This document shows, in pieces, positions 10,676-20,269 of a stretch of 64,000 nucleotides of DNA (positions are counted from its first letter, which is position 1; every line of letters starts with the position of its first letter). Source of the stretch: Verrucomicrobiota bacterium (lineage in GTDB: Bacteria; Verrucomicrobiota; Verrucomicrobiia; Limisphaerales; SXQI01); contig JANRLX010000093.1 in NCBI GenBank assembly GCA_033762115.1, positions 1 through 64,000 of the forward strand, given 5' to 3'. Under the pieces are notes generated by a model. It saw nothing but the letters and a program-made list of their open reading frames with translations. It did no database searches and was not told the DNA's origin. The position numbers were made by a program, and so were the translations under genes.

Positions 10676-11740
10676 CTATTCCGAATTGGGATAGGAGCCG
10701 AGGACTTTGATGAAATTGCACTCCTTCTGCAATTCAGCGACTGCCTTGACCAATTTCTTGTCTTCAATATGTCCGTCGCAATCGACGAAGAAAAAGTATT
10801 CCCACGCCTTTCGTTTGTTGGGGCGGGACTCGATCTTGGTCATGTTCAGCTTGAACTTGCGGAATGGCGCGAGTGAACGATGCAAGGCGCCAACCTCATC
10901 GGCGATGCTGAGCATGAGACTGGTGCGGTCGCGACCGGTGGGGGGAGGGCATTGCCTGCCCAGCACAAGGAACCGGGTGGCATTGGCGGAATTGTCCTGA
11001 AGGTCGATCTCAAGGATGTTCAATTGATATCGATCTGCTGCCAATGAACTGGCAATAGCGGCGGCTTTCGAATCCTGTCCTGCCAGTTCAGCCGCGCGGG
11101 TGGTCGAGGATGTCTCGATGATCTCTGCGTGCGGTAAATGGTTTTGTACCCAGCCGCGACATTGGGCGAGAGCCTGAGGATGGGAGAACAGTTTGCGAAT
11201 GGCGGAAAGTTTGGTGCCGTGCCCGACAAGGCAATGCTGGATCGGGAGGACGATCTGGGCGACGATTTTTAATTCGCTGTCAACAAACATGTCCAGCGTG
11301 TGGGTGACAACACCTTCAGTGGAATTTTCCACCGGGACCACACCGTAGTCAGCCTGGCGTTTGCTGACCTGGGCAAACACATCCGCAATGGTTTTTTGCG
11401 GGGCATATTGCAGGCTGGAACCGAAGCGGCGCACAGCAGCCTGATGAGTGAAAGTGGCTTCCGGGCCGAGGTAGGCGATGCTCATCGATTTCTCGAGAGA
11501 AAGGGCGCTGGACATCACTTCCCGATAGATGGCGCGAAGTGATTCGTTGGTGATGGGGCCTTTGTTCTGCTTGCAAATTTTCGCCAGAACAGCGAGTTCC
11601 CGGTGAGGGGCGTAGATTTCCTGTCCGGCCTTGATTTTGATCGCCCCGATTTCGAGGACATGAGAGGTGCGTTCATTCAGCAACTGGACAATTTTGGCGT
11701 CCAACTGATCAATGGCTTTGCGATGGTCCTGAATGCTCAT
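10676..11740 (-). CDS. pheA: chorismate mutase/prephenate dehydratase (P-protein)
   Basis: N-terminal AroQ domain, YLGPEATFT, VPVENSTEG, NATRF, ACT domain with IESRP. Confidence 0.95.
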   Translation of the reverse strand: MSIQDHRKAIDQLDAKIVQLLNERTSHVLEIGAIKIKAGQEIYAPHRELAVLAKICKQNKGPITNESLRAIYREVMSSALSLEKSMSIAYLGPEATFTHQAAVRRFGSSLQYAPQKTIADVFAQVSKRQADYGVVPVENSTEGVVTHTLDMFVDSELKIVAQIVLPIQHCLVGHGTKLSAIRKLFSHPQALAQCRGWVQNHLPHAEIIETSSTTRAAELAGQDSKAAAIASSLAADRYQLNILEIDLQDNSANATRFLVLGRQCPPPTGRDRTSLMLSIADEVGALHRSLAPFRKFKLNMTKIESRPNKRKAWEYFFFVDCDGHIEDKKLVKAVAELQKECNFIKVLGSYPNSE

Positions 11741-12471
11741 GCGGTTTGATTTTGAGGCGGCTGCGAATCCTCTGAAGGGGCTTGTCCTTGGGAAGGGTCT
11801 TGGTTACCTGCGGTGGCTTCGACGGGTGCCGGGTTGAGTGCCAACTGTTCGGGCGGTGCCGTGGCGAGGCCGGGATCAACCGTGAGGAGCGCAGGTGGTT
11901 TCTCCACTGGAATGCGGCGGAGTTCATCAGCTGCTGGCAAATCCTCAAGGCGGCGCAGGCCGAAATATTCCAGGAAAAGGGGTGTGGTGGCGTACAGGGT
12001 GGGTCTCCCCACCACTTCAGCGCGTCCGGCGCTTTCGATCAGGCCACGTTCCATCAGGGTGCCCATCACACCATCCACCGAGACACCGCGAATCTGTTCC
12101 ATTTCAGCGCGGGTGATGGGCTGGCGATAGGCGATGATGGTCAAGGTTTCCAATGCCGGTGCGGAAAGGCGGGGAGGGCGGATTTTTTCGCCGAACATTG
12201 CCTTGAGCCAGGGTGAGTATTCCTGCTGGCTGACGAATTGCCAGGACCCGGCGACGCAGACAAGCTTGTAGGAGCGGGCAAGGGCGGCATGTTCCTGTTC
12301 CAGCTTCCCGAGTTCAAACTCGATTTCCTCATCCTTGATTTTTTTGAAATTTTTGACCGTTTCATCTTCGGAACGGTCTGCGGCATTGCTGAAGATCTCA
12401 CGAATTTCCCGGATGCTCAGCGGTTTTTGTGAGGAAAAAAGAATCGCTTCGATGATCTGTTTGACTTGCAT
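11737..12471 (-). CDS. scpB: SMC-Scp complex subunit ScpB
   Basis: IEAILF, LETLTIIAYRQPITRAEMEQIRGV, GRPTLYATT..FLEYFGL. Confidence 0.95.
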   Translation of the reverse strand: MQVKQIIEAILFSSQKPLSIREIREIFSNAADRSEDETVKNFKKIKDEEIEFELGKLEQEHAALARSYKLVCVAGSWQFVSQQEYSPWLKAMFGEKIRPPRLSAPALETLTIIAYRQPITRAEMEQIRGVSVDGVMGTLMERGLIESAGRAEVVGRPTLYATTPLFLEYFGLRRLEDLPAADELRRIPVEKPPALLTVDPGLATAPPEQLALNPAPVEATAGNQDPSQGQAPSEDSQPPQNQTA

Positions 12472-12476
12472 GCAGA

Positions 12477-13313
12477 TTAGGCGGCAGGTTCCTGGGCGGA
12501 TTCGGTCATATGACCACTGACATTTCCCGCGGCTTCAGTAGGGAGTGCGGAACTGGAGGATTCAGCAAGGTCACGCACCTCTTCACGCGGAATAGCCGTT
12601 GAAATTTCAATTTCGCTGAATGGCTCAGGTTGGGTGATCCGCAACTGTTTCATGCGGATCAACTCGAGTAATGCAAGAAAGGTCACGACCACTTCCGCAC
12701 GGCTGGTGGCCTGTTCGAAAAGTTCGGAAAATTTAATTACGGTTCCCTCCTTGATGCGGCTGACGAGGTGTTCGATTTTTTCGCTGACACTCCAGCGGTC
12801 CTCAAACAGGTCGCGGGTGGTTGAGCGGGCGGAATGACGTTTGAGAATGGCGCTGACGGCGTTGACGAGGTCGAAGATCGTTACCTCAAGCCGGGCAGGG
12901 AGCGCGTCCGATGCGAACTCCGGTTTCGCGGCGACACGGGCGAAAATTTCCTCCTGGGCTGACTCAAGTGATTGAAGCTGGGCGGCGGCATCCTTGAATT
13001 TTTTATATTCCACGAGTTGCCGGATGAGTTCCCAACGTGGGTCGTTTTCATCCTCCTCCCCTTCCACCTGTGCCTGCTGTTCGACCGGGAGGAGTTCGCG
13101 GCTTTTGATGTACATGAGGGTGGAAGCCATCACCAGGAAATCTCCGGCGATATCCAGGTCCATCTCGCGCATGACATCGACATACTCAATAAACTGGGTG
13201 GCAATACGAGTGAGGTTGACCTGGTAAATATCCACTTCCTCCTTTTTGACGAGATAGAGGAGGAGATCCAGTGGACCTTCAAAAATTTCAAGTTGAACTT
13301 TGTTTTCGGCCAT
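12477..13313 (-). CDS. scpA: segregation/condensation kleisin ScpA
   Basis: FEGPLDLLL, FLVMASTL..IKSRELLP, VVTFLALLEL. Start taken as MAENKV. Confidence 0.95.
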   Translation of the reverse strand: MAENKVQLEIFEGPLDLLLYLVKKEEVDIYQVNLTRIATQFIEYVDVMREMDLDIAGDFLVMASTLMYIKSRELLPVEQQAQVEGEEDENDPRWELIRQLVEYKKFKDAAAQLQSLESAQEEIFARVAAKPEFASDALPARLEVTIFDLVNAVSAILKRHSARSTTRDLFEDRWSVSEKIEHLVSRIKEGTVIKFSELFEQATSRAEVVVTFLALLELIRMKQLRITQPEPFSEIEISTAIPREEVRDLAESSSSALPTEAAGNVSGHMTESAQEPAA

Positions 13314-13403
13314 GCGCCCTCCCGTGGCTACCAGGAGAGAGGACATCGTAAAAGCCGTGCCCCCCTTTGGCAACGCGGAAGGCAGAAGCCAGGGTGTCAG
13401 ATT

Positions 13404-14798
13404 TTAATCCTCCGCTCTTTCTCCATGCGGGGCCATCTTAACCAGTTTGGGGTCGAATCGGCCGAGTGTCTCCACCAGGTCCTGCTGTGCCGCCATTACC
13501 ATATGAATATCTTTGTAAACCATTGGAACTTCATCCAGCCCGGCGGAGATCAGTTGCACGTCCCGTTCTTTTAAGAATTTGTTTACTTCATTCCAATGAA
13601 ACGTCTGCGAAGCTTTTGTCCGGCTCATGACACGTCCCGCCCCGTGGGATGCGGAATGAAATGATTCTGAGTTTCCCTTTCCTGATACGAGAAACCCGGG
13701 CGAGGCCATCGATCCGGGAATGATCCCCAGCACCCCACGACCCGCTGGTGTGGCCCCTTTTCGGTGAATGATCAATTCACGTTCCAGGCCGTTTACCAGA
13801 TGTTTCTCTTTCCAGGCAAAGTTGTGGTGATTTTCCACGTCAAGCAGTACTGTCGCACCCAGGTATTTGGCGATGTGCTGGTGAATACAGGCGTGATTGG
13901 CCGCGGCGTAGTCTCCCATCAATTCCATGGCGGCCCAATACTCCTGCCCGGCCTCTTCATCCAGGGAAAGCCAGGCCAGCCGTTGAAATTCCCTGGGGAG
14001 GTCGGGCCGTTTTTTAACAGCCAGTTTGCTGTAATAATCACAAACTGCCGCTCCTGTTCCGCGACTGCCGCTGTGGCTGAGCAAGGCCAGGTACTCCCCC
14101 GGTTCGAGTTGCTGAAGCTGATGAGTCAGCGTGAAAATCCCGAATTCAACAAAATGATTCCCGCTCCCGCTCGTTCCCAACTGGGACCAGGCTTTCTCCT
14201 TGTTTTGTCGGGTAATTGGGCTGACGTTCCAATTCTTGTCCATGACCGGGTGATTCCGCCTGTTTTTAAATGAAGCGCCCACTCCGAAACGAGTCTCCGC
14301 TTCGATGGCCTTGACCAGGGGTGCGCTGCTCTTGTGCAAGGAGCTTATGGGGAGATCCAGAACCGTCATTTTCATTCGGCAGGCGATATCCACCCCGACT
14401 GCATAAGGAATGACAGCCTGATCTGTGGCAAGCACGCCACCAATCGGAAGACCGTAGCCTACATGGGCGTCAGGCATTAATGCGCCGCCGATGGCCACCG
14501 GCAGATGACAGGCATTTTCCATCTGGGCGACCGCTTCGGTTTCGAGGTTTTCACCCCATTGACGATAAGGCGCGGCTTGCATTGGCATGGGGGGTGGGGC
14601 ATTGACGATGGCTTTGGCCAATTCCTTGCGCAGAGGGTCTTCCGCAAACAACGCAGGTTTCTCAACAATGGCACGAATTTCTTCCTGCAATCGCTCGCTG
14701 TCGCCACCGCCAAGGATAAATTTCGCAATGAAATCAACAGCCCGCCGCTGCGGTTCCCCCGGCGACACTCCCAGTTTAAGCAAATCTCTTGAATTCAC
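13404..14798 (-). CDS. rtcB: RtcB family RNA ligase with N-terminal extension
   Basis: MPDAHVGYG, GVDIAC, GSGNHF, HSGSRG, HHN, HRKGA, SHGAGR motifs. Confidence 0.93.
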   Translation of the reverse strand: MNSRDLLKLGVSPGEPQRRAVDFIAKFILGGGDSERLQEEIRAIVEKPALFAEDPLRKELAKAIVNAPPPMPMQAAPYRQWGENLETEAVAQMENACHLPVAIGGALMPDAHVGYGLPIGGVLATDQAVIPYAVGVDIACRMKMTVLDLPISSLHKSSAPLVKAIEAETRFGVGASFKNRRNHPVMDKNWNVSPITRQNKEKAWSQLGTSGSGNHFVEFGIFTLTHQLQQLEPGEYLALLSHSGSRGTGAAVCDYYSKLAVKKRPDLPREFQRLAWLSLDEEAGQEYWAAMELMGDYAAANHACIHQHIAKYLGATVLLDVENHHNFAWKEKHLVNGLERELIIHRKGATPAGRGVLGIIPGSMASPGFLVSGKGNSESFHSASHGAGRVMSRTKASQTFHWNEVNKFLKERDVQLISAGLDEVPMVYKDIHMVMAAQQDLVETLGRFDPKLVKMAPHGERAED

Positions 14799-14828
14799 GA
14801 CCTTCTCGTTCCAGCAACTTACTGTGTT

Positions 14829-14863
14829 AAAAGAAGAAAGCCCAGCCTGGAAGACTGGGCTTT
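14829..14863 (-). terminator. intrinsic terminator after M23 gene
   Basis: AAAGCCCAG...CTGGGCTTT stem with A-rich left flank (U-tract on minus strand). Confidence 0.7.
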
Positions 14864-14888
14864 GGGGAGGAAGCAGTGAAGACTCGAA

Positions 14889-15785
14889 TTACTGCACCGC
14901 TTCGTAAATTTCACCTTCACGGAGGGCTTCCGCGAGCATTGGCGTGGTCCGATATTTCACCGGAATCGTTTCGCGACTGCGCCCATCCCTGGCTTTGAAC
15001 ACGGCGAAATGGAGGTGAGGGCCGGTCGAGTGGCCGGTATTGCCGGAAAGACCTATCAATTGCCCTTTCTGAACGCTATCGCCGACTTTCACTTTTACGC
15101 CATCCTTCATCAGGTGCACGTAATGGCCGTAAGTGCCATCGCTATGCTTGATCAGAACGTAATTGGCGTCCCATTCAAATTTTTTGTCTCCTCCGCCGAT
15201 GTTGGAGTCGGACTTGATCCCGGCGACAACCCCTTCCCGGGCTGCATGAATTGGAGTGCCGACTGGCATTTTCCAGTCAATTGCAAAGCAATCCCCGCCA
15301 TGATGGCTGTATTTGCCGTGGAAACCCTGGCTCACTGGATAGCTGGCACCGCGAGCGTAAGGCAGGCCGTAGGTATAGTTATCATCATGCCGGGCGGTCA
15401 TGTTTCCCCAGGTGGCGAAATAGGTGTAAGACCAGCTGGAATCGCTCTCCATCCGAGGGGAAAGAGTCAATGCCTTGATTCGAGAGCCGGGCTGAAGTGT
15501 CATCGTATGGGGGAGTGGCACTGTGGATTCCATATTCTCGATTTCCATCTCGATGGTAACAGTGACTTCAGCGGGTTGGAGATTCTCGACGTAGAACTCG
15601 GTGGCGGTCCCCTGTTTTACAGGGGATATAGTAATGAGCCGTTCCGCGGCCGAGAGCGGAAGAACAAGAGAGGAGGCAGTTGCCAGTAATGTGATCAGTC
15701 GGGGCGAAAGTCGTAAACATGAAAGGATCGCAACGCAGAATGCGCTCGTGCATGAGGAGATCAAAACAGGCCTGTTCTTTATCAT
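14889..15785 (-). CDS. M23 family metallopeptidase (secreted)
   Basis: H....AIDW, HYVHL, GNTGHSTGPHLHF motifs. Hydrophobic N-terminus. Confidence 0.88.
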   Translation of the reverse strand: MIKNRPVLISSCTSAFCVAILSCLRLSPRLITLLATASSLVLPLSAAERLITISPVKQGTATEFYVENLQPAEVTVTIEMEIENMESTVPLPHTMTLQPGSRIKALTLSPRMESDSSWSYTYFATWGNMTARHDDNYTYGLPYARGASYPVSQGFHGKYSHHGGDCFAIDWKMPVGTPIHAAREGVVAGIKSDSNIGGGDKKFEWDANYVLIKHSDGTYGHYVHLMKDGVKVKVGDSVQKGQLIGLSGNTGHSTGPHLHFAVFKARDGRSRETIPVKYRTTPMLAEALREGEIYEAVQ

Positions 15786-15799
15786 CGCGCTTCGGGATA

Positions 15800-15815
15800 T
15801 GCACCCGGCGTGCCA
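15800..15815 (-). promoter_or_regulatory. putative sigma54 promoter of M23 gene
   Basis: Minus strand TGGCACG-CCGG-GTGCA, one mismatch to consensus. Confidence 0.55.
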
Positions 15816-15944
15816 AATAGTTTTTTACCGCCGGAAAAGTTCCACATATTTCCCATGCGTCCAGCAGTATTTCCATTAGAAATGGAACAGGGGGAATCGG
15901 AGTCATTAATTTCGGAGTGAATTGCCCGGACATAGCCGTACAAG

Positions 15945-15975
15945 AAAAAAGCCGCCCAAAGGCGGCTTTGTTTTT
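15945..15975. terminator. intrinsic terminator (bidirectional geometry)
   Basis: AAAAAA-GCCGCC-CAAA-GGCGGC-TTTGTTTTT. Confidence 0.85.
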
Positions 15976-15993
15976 AGGCAATGATTGTTCGAC

Positions 15994-17088
15994 TTATGGA
16001 CGATTGGTGCTCACTACGAGTGAGCCATCTTCGAACACCTGCAATTCGGTATGTTGCCCGCGGTTTTTGTATGCCGCTTCATAAACGGTTCGACCGTTCC
16101 AGGCGCCCCGTTCAATGTCCTCGATTTGGGCAGAGCCAGCCTGTGTCTTGATCGCGTTCAAGACAGCGGCAGGGAGTTCCGATTGCTGGATTTTAACTCC
16201 ACCGCTCAATTGCACATTTGAGAAGTTAGTGCTGCTGCCGGTTTGGGAAGTGGCCGCGCTGCCAATTGCAGGGCTGGTCGTCACCGGAGTTCCATCTTCA
16301 AAGACCTGAAGCCGGACTGGCTGGCCGTTCAGTTGATAAGCTGCCTGGTAGACGGTACGCCCGTTCCATGTGCCGCGTTCGACATCTTCAATTGACCTGC
16401 GGCCTATCTGGTTATGAAAAGCCCGAACCACCGGTACGGGCACTTCTGAGGGCTGGACTTGCACGCTGGCAGACAAGGTCACATTCGAAGAAACCAGATT
16501 GGTGCTGGCAGTGGGCTGACCACGACGGAACCAGCGAGAACTTCCCTGATTCTGACCGGTGGCGGTCGAAGGCGGGGCTCCCACTGCATTTGTGGAGATA
16601 CTATTTGTCGCGAGCAGATCGCGCAGGATCATTCCATTTTCCGCAACCAGGAGTTCCTGATGCTGGCCATTGACCTTGAACGCTGCTTCATAGGTTGTTT
16701 GCCCATCCCGCACCTGCCGGTCGATATCTTCAATCCTGTTTCCGGCAGCTTTTGCCAAAATGATATTCCGAACCATCTCAGGCACCTCCTGGATGGTCAT
16801 TTTGCCGGATTGCGGCTGCGTGGCGGAAGCGGTGCTGAGTTGGTTGGTAGCGCTATCTTCAAGCAATAATTCGGTGTGCTGTCCGTTTTTCTTGAAGGCG
16901 ATTTCGTAAACTGTCCGACCATTACTGGTGGTGCGATCAATGTCCTCGATGGTTGCACCGCCGGTTTGTTTGCGGGCTTCTGCCTGCACTGAGGGAGGCA
17001 GTTGCTCGAAGGACATTTTATCAGCGAACAACGGCTGACCGGCAAGCCCACCGGCAGCCACAAAAAGTAAAAGCGATCTCCTTTTCAT
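15994..17088 (-). CDS. secreted protein with four PepSY-like/BLIP-like repeats
   Basis: Signal peptide. Four repeats of (L/V)P..V.......G...IEDI(D/E)R....G.T.Y.(A/I)A...NGQ...L separated by S/T/N-rich linkers. Confidence 0.75.
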   Translation of the reverse strand: MKRRSLLLFVAAGGLAGQPLFADKMSFEQLPPSVQAEARKQTGGATIEDIDRTTSNGRTVYEIAFKKNGQHTELLLEDSATNQLSTASATQPQSGKMTIQEVPEMVRNIILAKAAGNRIEDIDRQVRDGQTTYEAAFKVNGQHQELLVAENGMILRDLLATNSISTNAVGAPPSTATGQNQGSSRWFRRGQPTASTNLVSSNVTLSASVQVQPSEVPVPVVRAFHNQIGRRSIEDVERGTWNGRTVYQAAYQLNGQPVRLQVFEDGTPVTTSPAIGSAATSQTGSSTNFSNVQLSGGVKIQQSELPAAVLNAIKTQAGSAQIEDIERGAWNGRTVYEAAYKNRGQHTELQVFEDGSLVVSTNRP

Positions 17089-17209
17089 ACACATTAAACC
17101 AATCACTACTCAGGCGAAGATCAAACCTGAATGAAGGGATGCTTCTTTTCAGAGAAACATCCACCACCTCTGGAGAGGAAATCGATAGGCAAAACCCCGG
17201 GAGAAGACC

Positions 17210-17542
17210 TCAGCTGGCCAGACGCTGGCACCAGGAAAGAAGGTCGAGCCGTTCCTGTGACTGAGGGGAAAGGTTCATGAAAACCATCGAAATCTGATAA
17301 CCGGTGTGACGGTTGCCATTACAAGCCACAACAACACCGGTGCAATGAACCTTTCTGGCATCCGCAGTGGAAAAAAGATCAACCGTCATTTCTGTCCAGG
17401 GGGTGATTGGCTGTTCGGAATGGAACTCGATACCGTTCTTTCGAATCCTGACCGCATCTGCCGAGAGGGTCAGGCGCGTTTGTTGAACATCAATGTTCAG
17501 TGGTTGAAAGACACCGGAAGTATCAAGTTTGGTTGTGCTCAT
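17210..17542 (-). CDS. PilZ-like domain protein (non-canonical)
   Basis: NGIEF.S...I..WTEMTV...VHCTGVVV.C...YQISMVF beta-barrel pattern. No RxxxR motif. Confidence 0.55.
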   Translation of the reverse strand: MSTTKLDTSGVFQPLNIDVQQTRLTLSADAVRIRKNGIEFHSEQPITPWTEMTVDLFSTADARKVHCTGVVVACNGNRHTGYQISMVFMNLSPQSQERLDLLSWCQRLAS

Positions 17543-17560
17543 ATCGTTATAGGCTACCTA

Positions 17561-17588
17561 AAACTATCACGAAAACCCTGAGCGTCAA
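17561..17588 (-). promoter_or_regulatory. putative sigma70 promoter
   Basis: TTGACG-N16-TAGTTT with TGn extended -10 upstream of the PilZ-like gene. Confidence 0.45.
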
Positions 17589-17600
17589 CGCGGGGAGAGC

Positions 17601-18221
17601 CTAGTTTATGACCGATGAAAGATCTGGAAACGAGCGAGCGGGACTGGAGGAGATGATAGAATGGCTTCTTTGAAAAAGGGGGGAATTAAGGCAGGCGGGC
17701 TTAAGGAAGAGAGAGGAGGAAGCCCAGCTGATTTGTTTTACCGCAGCCGGTTCCACTGAACGCAAGAAATTGGTAAGCAACAGCTCAATCGCCCAGCTGG
17801 AGGATTGAATGGCGAAATCGGCCAGGGTTTCCCTGCTCTCCGGGCCAGACCTGAATGAATAACCGGTAATCGCCACACAACTGCGGAGGTGTGGGTTGTT
17901 ATTCCCCGAATTTCGAATTGCATATCCATTGGTGACCTGCTCGTACTGCTTGCATACCGGACGGGCGGTGGAAATGGGAAGGAGCTGCAACAGATCGGTT
18001 TCGTTCAATCCGAGACTCAATACGCGATTATCGAGATTAGAAGCCCTCACCAGATTGGGCAGGAGCAGTAGGAGCGGATAGGGGCCGCGCGAAAGAGGGG
18101 CAACAACGAAGAATTGAATGCCCCATGTCCGGTCGTCAAAATAAACGTCCTTAAGCCGCGCCCCCTTTCCATCGCGGGTTTCCAAACGAAACGTATAAAG
18201 ATCAGTCAGCCGAACCAGCAC
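17601..18221 (-). CDS. divergent tandem PRC-barrel protein
   Basis: DG...KDVYFDDRTW.I.F.VV, RPV.KQYE, PHLRS...ITGY, DF.....W.I pattern. Confidence 0.6.
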   Translation of the reverse strand: MLVRLTDLYTFRLETRDGKGARLKDVYFDDRTWGIQFFVVAPLSRGPYPLLLLLPNLVRASNLDNRVLSLGLNETDLLQLLPISTARPVCKQYEQVTNGYAIRNSGNNNPHLRSCVAITGYSFRSGPESRETLADFAIQSSSWAIELLLTNFLRSVEPAAVKQISWASSSLFLKPACLNSPLFQRSHSIISSSPARSFPDLSSVIN

Positions 18222-18278
18222 ATCAACCTTTCAGGCAGCGATTGCTGCACAAAAAAATCTGACGTTTAGGGAGACTGT

Positions 18279-19091
18279 TTATTCGGCGCGAACTGATGAA
18301 TTCTGAGTTGCGGGTTGCGTCGGAGGGTTTTTCTCGCGGGCATTCCCTGTTTGAACATCATTCTTTTCCACACGCAGGTCATTTTTAATTTCGCCAATCC
18401 CTGGCAATGCGCGCACAGCCCTTTCAACAGCGGATTTTTCTTCAACCGATTGAACAGTTCCACGAAGCACGACGATGTTGTCCAATGCTTCGATTTCAAT
18501 CGCCTGAATTTGCTCAAGCGTCAGGGTGTTGACAGAGTTTGTCAGGGCATTTTGCAGGGTGCCGCGAATCTTTTCCTCCAAACCTTCACTGGAAAGAGCT
18601 GTCACCGGGAGTTGTTCAATGGGCTGGTTGGTTGTGCTGTTGGACGGTTCTGTAGAATTAGCCTGCTGCCCTTGAACTGAGACAGGGGGGACGCCAACCG
18701 CTTCTCCGTTAAAATTTTTTGGAAAAATCGTGGAAGTGGAAACGGAACGGTCCGGCTGGACCCCGACCTGCCCGAGCGATCCTGTACCAGGAGCGGTGGA
18801 TTCAGGTTGTTCCGGGGCGTCAGCGCCCGCGGCTTCCGGCTCGATTTCGTGGGATGGCAAAGGGGAGGGACGTTGTCCCACTGCACTGGAGCTTCGTTCC
18901 TGCCCGGTAAAGGTAAGATCAGGTGTTTCGATCTCTGCCGGAGTGGAGCGGCCTGGCATCAGGCTTTGAGCCGGAGAATCTGATACCACTGAAGGACTGC
19001 GCCGCTCTCCAGGCAAAGATCCGGAGTCCGGGCTGCTGGCGCACCCTGCGAGAACAACTCCAGAAATCCAAACAAAATGGCATAAGTTCAT
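18279..19091 (-). CDS. BON-domain lipoprotein
   Basis: Lipobox LAGC, long P/S/T linker, VVLRGTV...EK...V..LPGI.EIKNDLRV. Confidence 0.8.
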   Translation of the reverse strand: MNLCHFVWISGVVLAGCASSPDSGSLPGERRSPSVVSDSPAQSLMPGRSTPAEIETPDLTFTGQERSSSAVGQRPSPLPSHEIEPEAAGADAPEQPESTAPGTGSLGQVGVQPDRSVSTSTIFPKNFNGEAVGVPPVSVQGQQANSTEPSNSTTNQPIEQLPVTALSSEGLEEKIRGTLQNALTNSVNTLTLEQIQAIEIEALDNIVVLRGTVQSVEEKSAVERAVRALPGIGEIKNDLRVEKNDVQTGNAREKNPPTQPATQNSSVRAE

Positions 19092-19105
19092 GATGAAAGG
19101 TCGCT

Positions 19106-19121
19106 TGCAAGACGGTTCCCG
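19106..19121 (-). promoter_or_regulatory. putative sigma54-like promoter of BON lipoprotein gene
   Basis: Minus strand CGGGAAC-CGTC-TTGCA with correct GG/GC spacing. Confidence 0.4.
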
Positions 19122-19225
19122 CCAAGTTGCCGGAATACTGAAAGAAGCTTGTGAGTTTCCCTGATCGGTGGATTCTGATGACTCATCGAAGTTGTTCTTT
19201 TTTGAGGGGTTGGTTAAGCTCTTTC

Positions 19226-19825
19226 ATGCTTGCGGGAAAACCATCAAGGATTGGTTTGTACGGAGGGTCGTTTGATCCTGTGCATCTCGGCCATTTATTG
19301 GTCGCGCAGTCAGCCTACGAAGAATTGCGGCTGGAGCGTGTTTTTTTGATCCCGGCCTCTCAAAACCCTTTCAAGCCGGATCGTAAACTGGCGGCAGGTT
19401 CGACCCGATTGTTGTTGTTGCGGCTGGCGCTGGCAGGCATAACGTGGGCGGAAGTTGATTCCCAGGAACTGCAACGGGGAGGGCTTTCCTACAGCATCGA
19501 CACGGTGCGTTCCTATCGCGCGAGATTCCCAGAAGCGGAACTTTTTTACCTGGTAGGGGCGGACCATGTAGAGCAACTGAATAAGTGGAAGGAAGCGGAG
19601 GAGTTGGCGAAGCTGGTGGAGTTTCTCATTATTCCGCGCCCCGGTGAAACGGCTGGCAGGCCCCCGGCACCTTTTCGTTCCCATTTATTGAAAGGATTTC
19701 CACTTCGTCTTTCCTCCTCGGAAGTGCGGGAGAGAATTGCCCAAAACCTGCCGATTGACCTTTTTTGCGGGTCGCTGGTGGCAGAGGCGATCCGGAATAA
19801 TCGGCTTTATTTTCCACAGGAATGA
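19226..19825 (+). CDS. nadD: nicotinate-nucleotide adenylyltransferase
   Basis: GGSFDPVHLGH, SYSIDT, LVGAD, LSSSEVR. Adjacent to rsfS. Confidence 0.95.
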   Translation: MLAGKPSRIGLYGGSFDPVHLGHLLVAQSAYEELRLERVFLIPASQNPFKPDRKLAAGSTRLLLLRLALAGITWAEVDSQELQRGGLSYSIDTVRSYRARFPEAELFYLVGADHVEQLNKWKEAEELAKLVEFLIIPRPGETAGRPPAPFRSHLLKGFPLRLSSSEVRERIAQNLPIDLFCGSLVAEAIRNNRLYFPQE

Positions 19826-19840
19826 GGCATCGTAGCAGCA

Positions 19841-20230
19841 ATGGATTCTAGGAAACTGGCGCTTTTATGCCGCGAGCTTGCGGACAATAAAAAAGCCGAA
19901 AATATCGTTGTTCTGGACGTTCGCAAAGTCTCTTCCATCACTGATTATTTTGTTATTGCCACGGGCAGCAGCGAGCCACACCTGAAAGCCATTGTTAACG
20001 AGATCACTGATACCCTCCTGATTGAACATAACCTGAAGCCCAGCGCCAGGGATGGAACGGTGGGAACTCCATGGATTGTTCTGGATTACTTTGACGTGAT
20101 CATCCATGTCATGCGGAATGACATTCGTGAGCAGTACAAACTGGAAGATTTATGGGGTGATGTGCCGAAGGTGAGCACGCGAAAAAAAGCCACAAAAAAG
20201 AAGGTCGTGGCCGCGGAAAAAACGTCGTAA
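19841..20230 (+). CDS. rsfS: ribosome silencing factor
   Basis: KKAENIVVLDV, DYFVIATG, WIVLDYFDVIIHVM, YKLEDLW. Confidence 0.95.
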   Translation: MDSRKLALLCRELADNKKAENIVVLDVRKVSSITDYFVIATGSSEPHLKAIVNEITDTLLIEHNLKPSARDGTVGTPWIVLDYFDVIIHVMRNDIREQYKLEDLWGDVPKVSTRKKATKKKVVAAEKTS

Positions 20231-20234
20231 AGGC

Positions 20235-20262
20235 AAAAAGGCCAGTTTAAAACTGGCCTTTT
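20235..20262. terminator. bidirectional terminator between rsfS and PUR gene
   Basis: AAAAAGGCCAGTTT-A-AAACTGGCCTTTT. Confidence 0.85.
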
Positions 20263-20269
20263 CGTGTAA

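Noticed and set aside
13344..13365. Sigma54-like GGGCACGGCTTTTAC upstream of scpA
   Set aside because: Lacks the -12 GC and precedes a housekeeping operon.
3232..15975. AAAGCCGCC/GGCGGCTTT hairpin occurring twice (3232 and 15948) as a REP/MITE family
   Set aside because: Only two copies with different loops, both located at gene ends; adequately explained as terminators.
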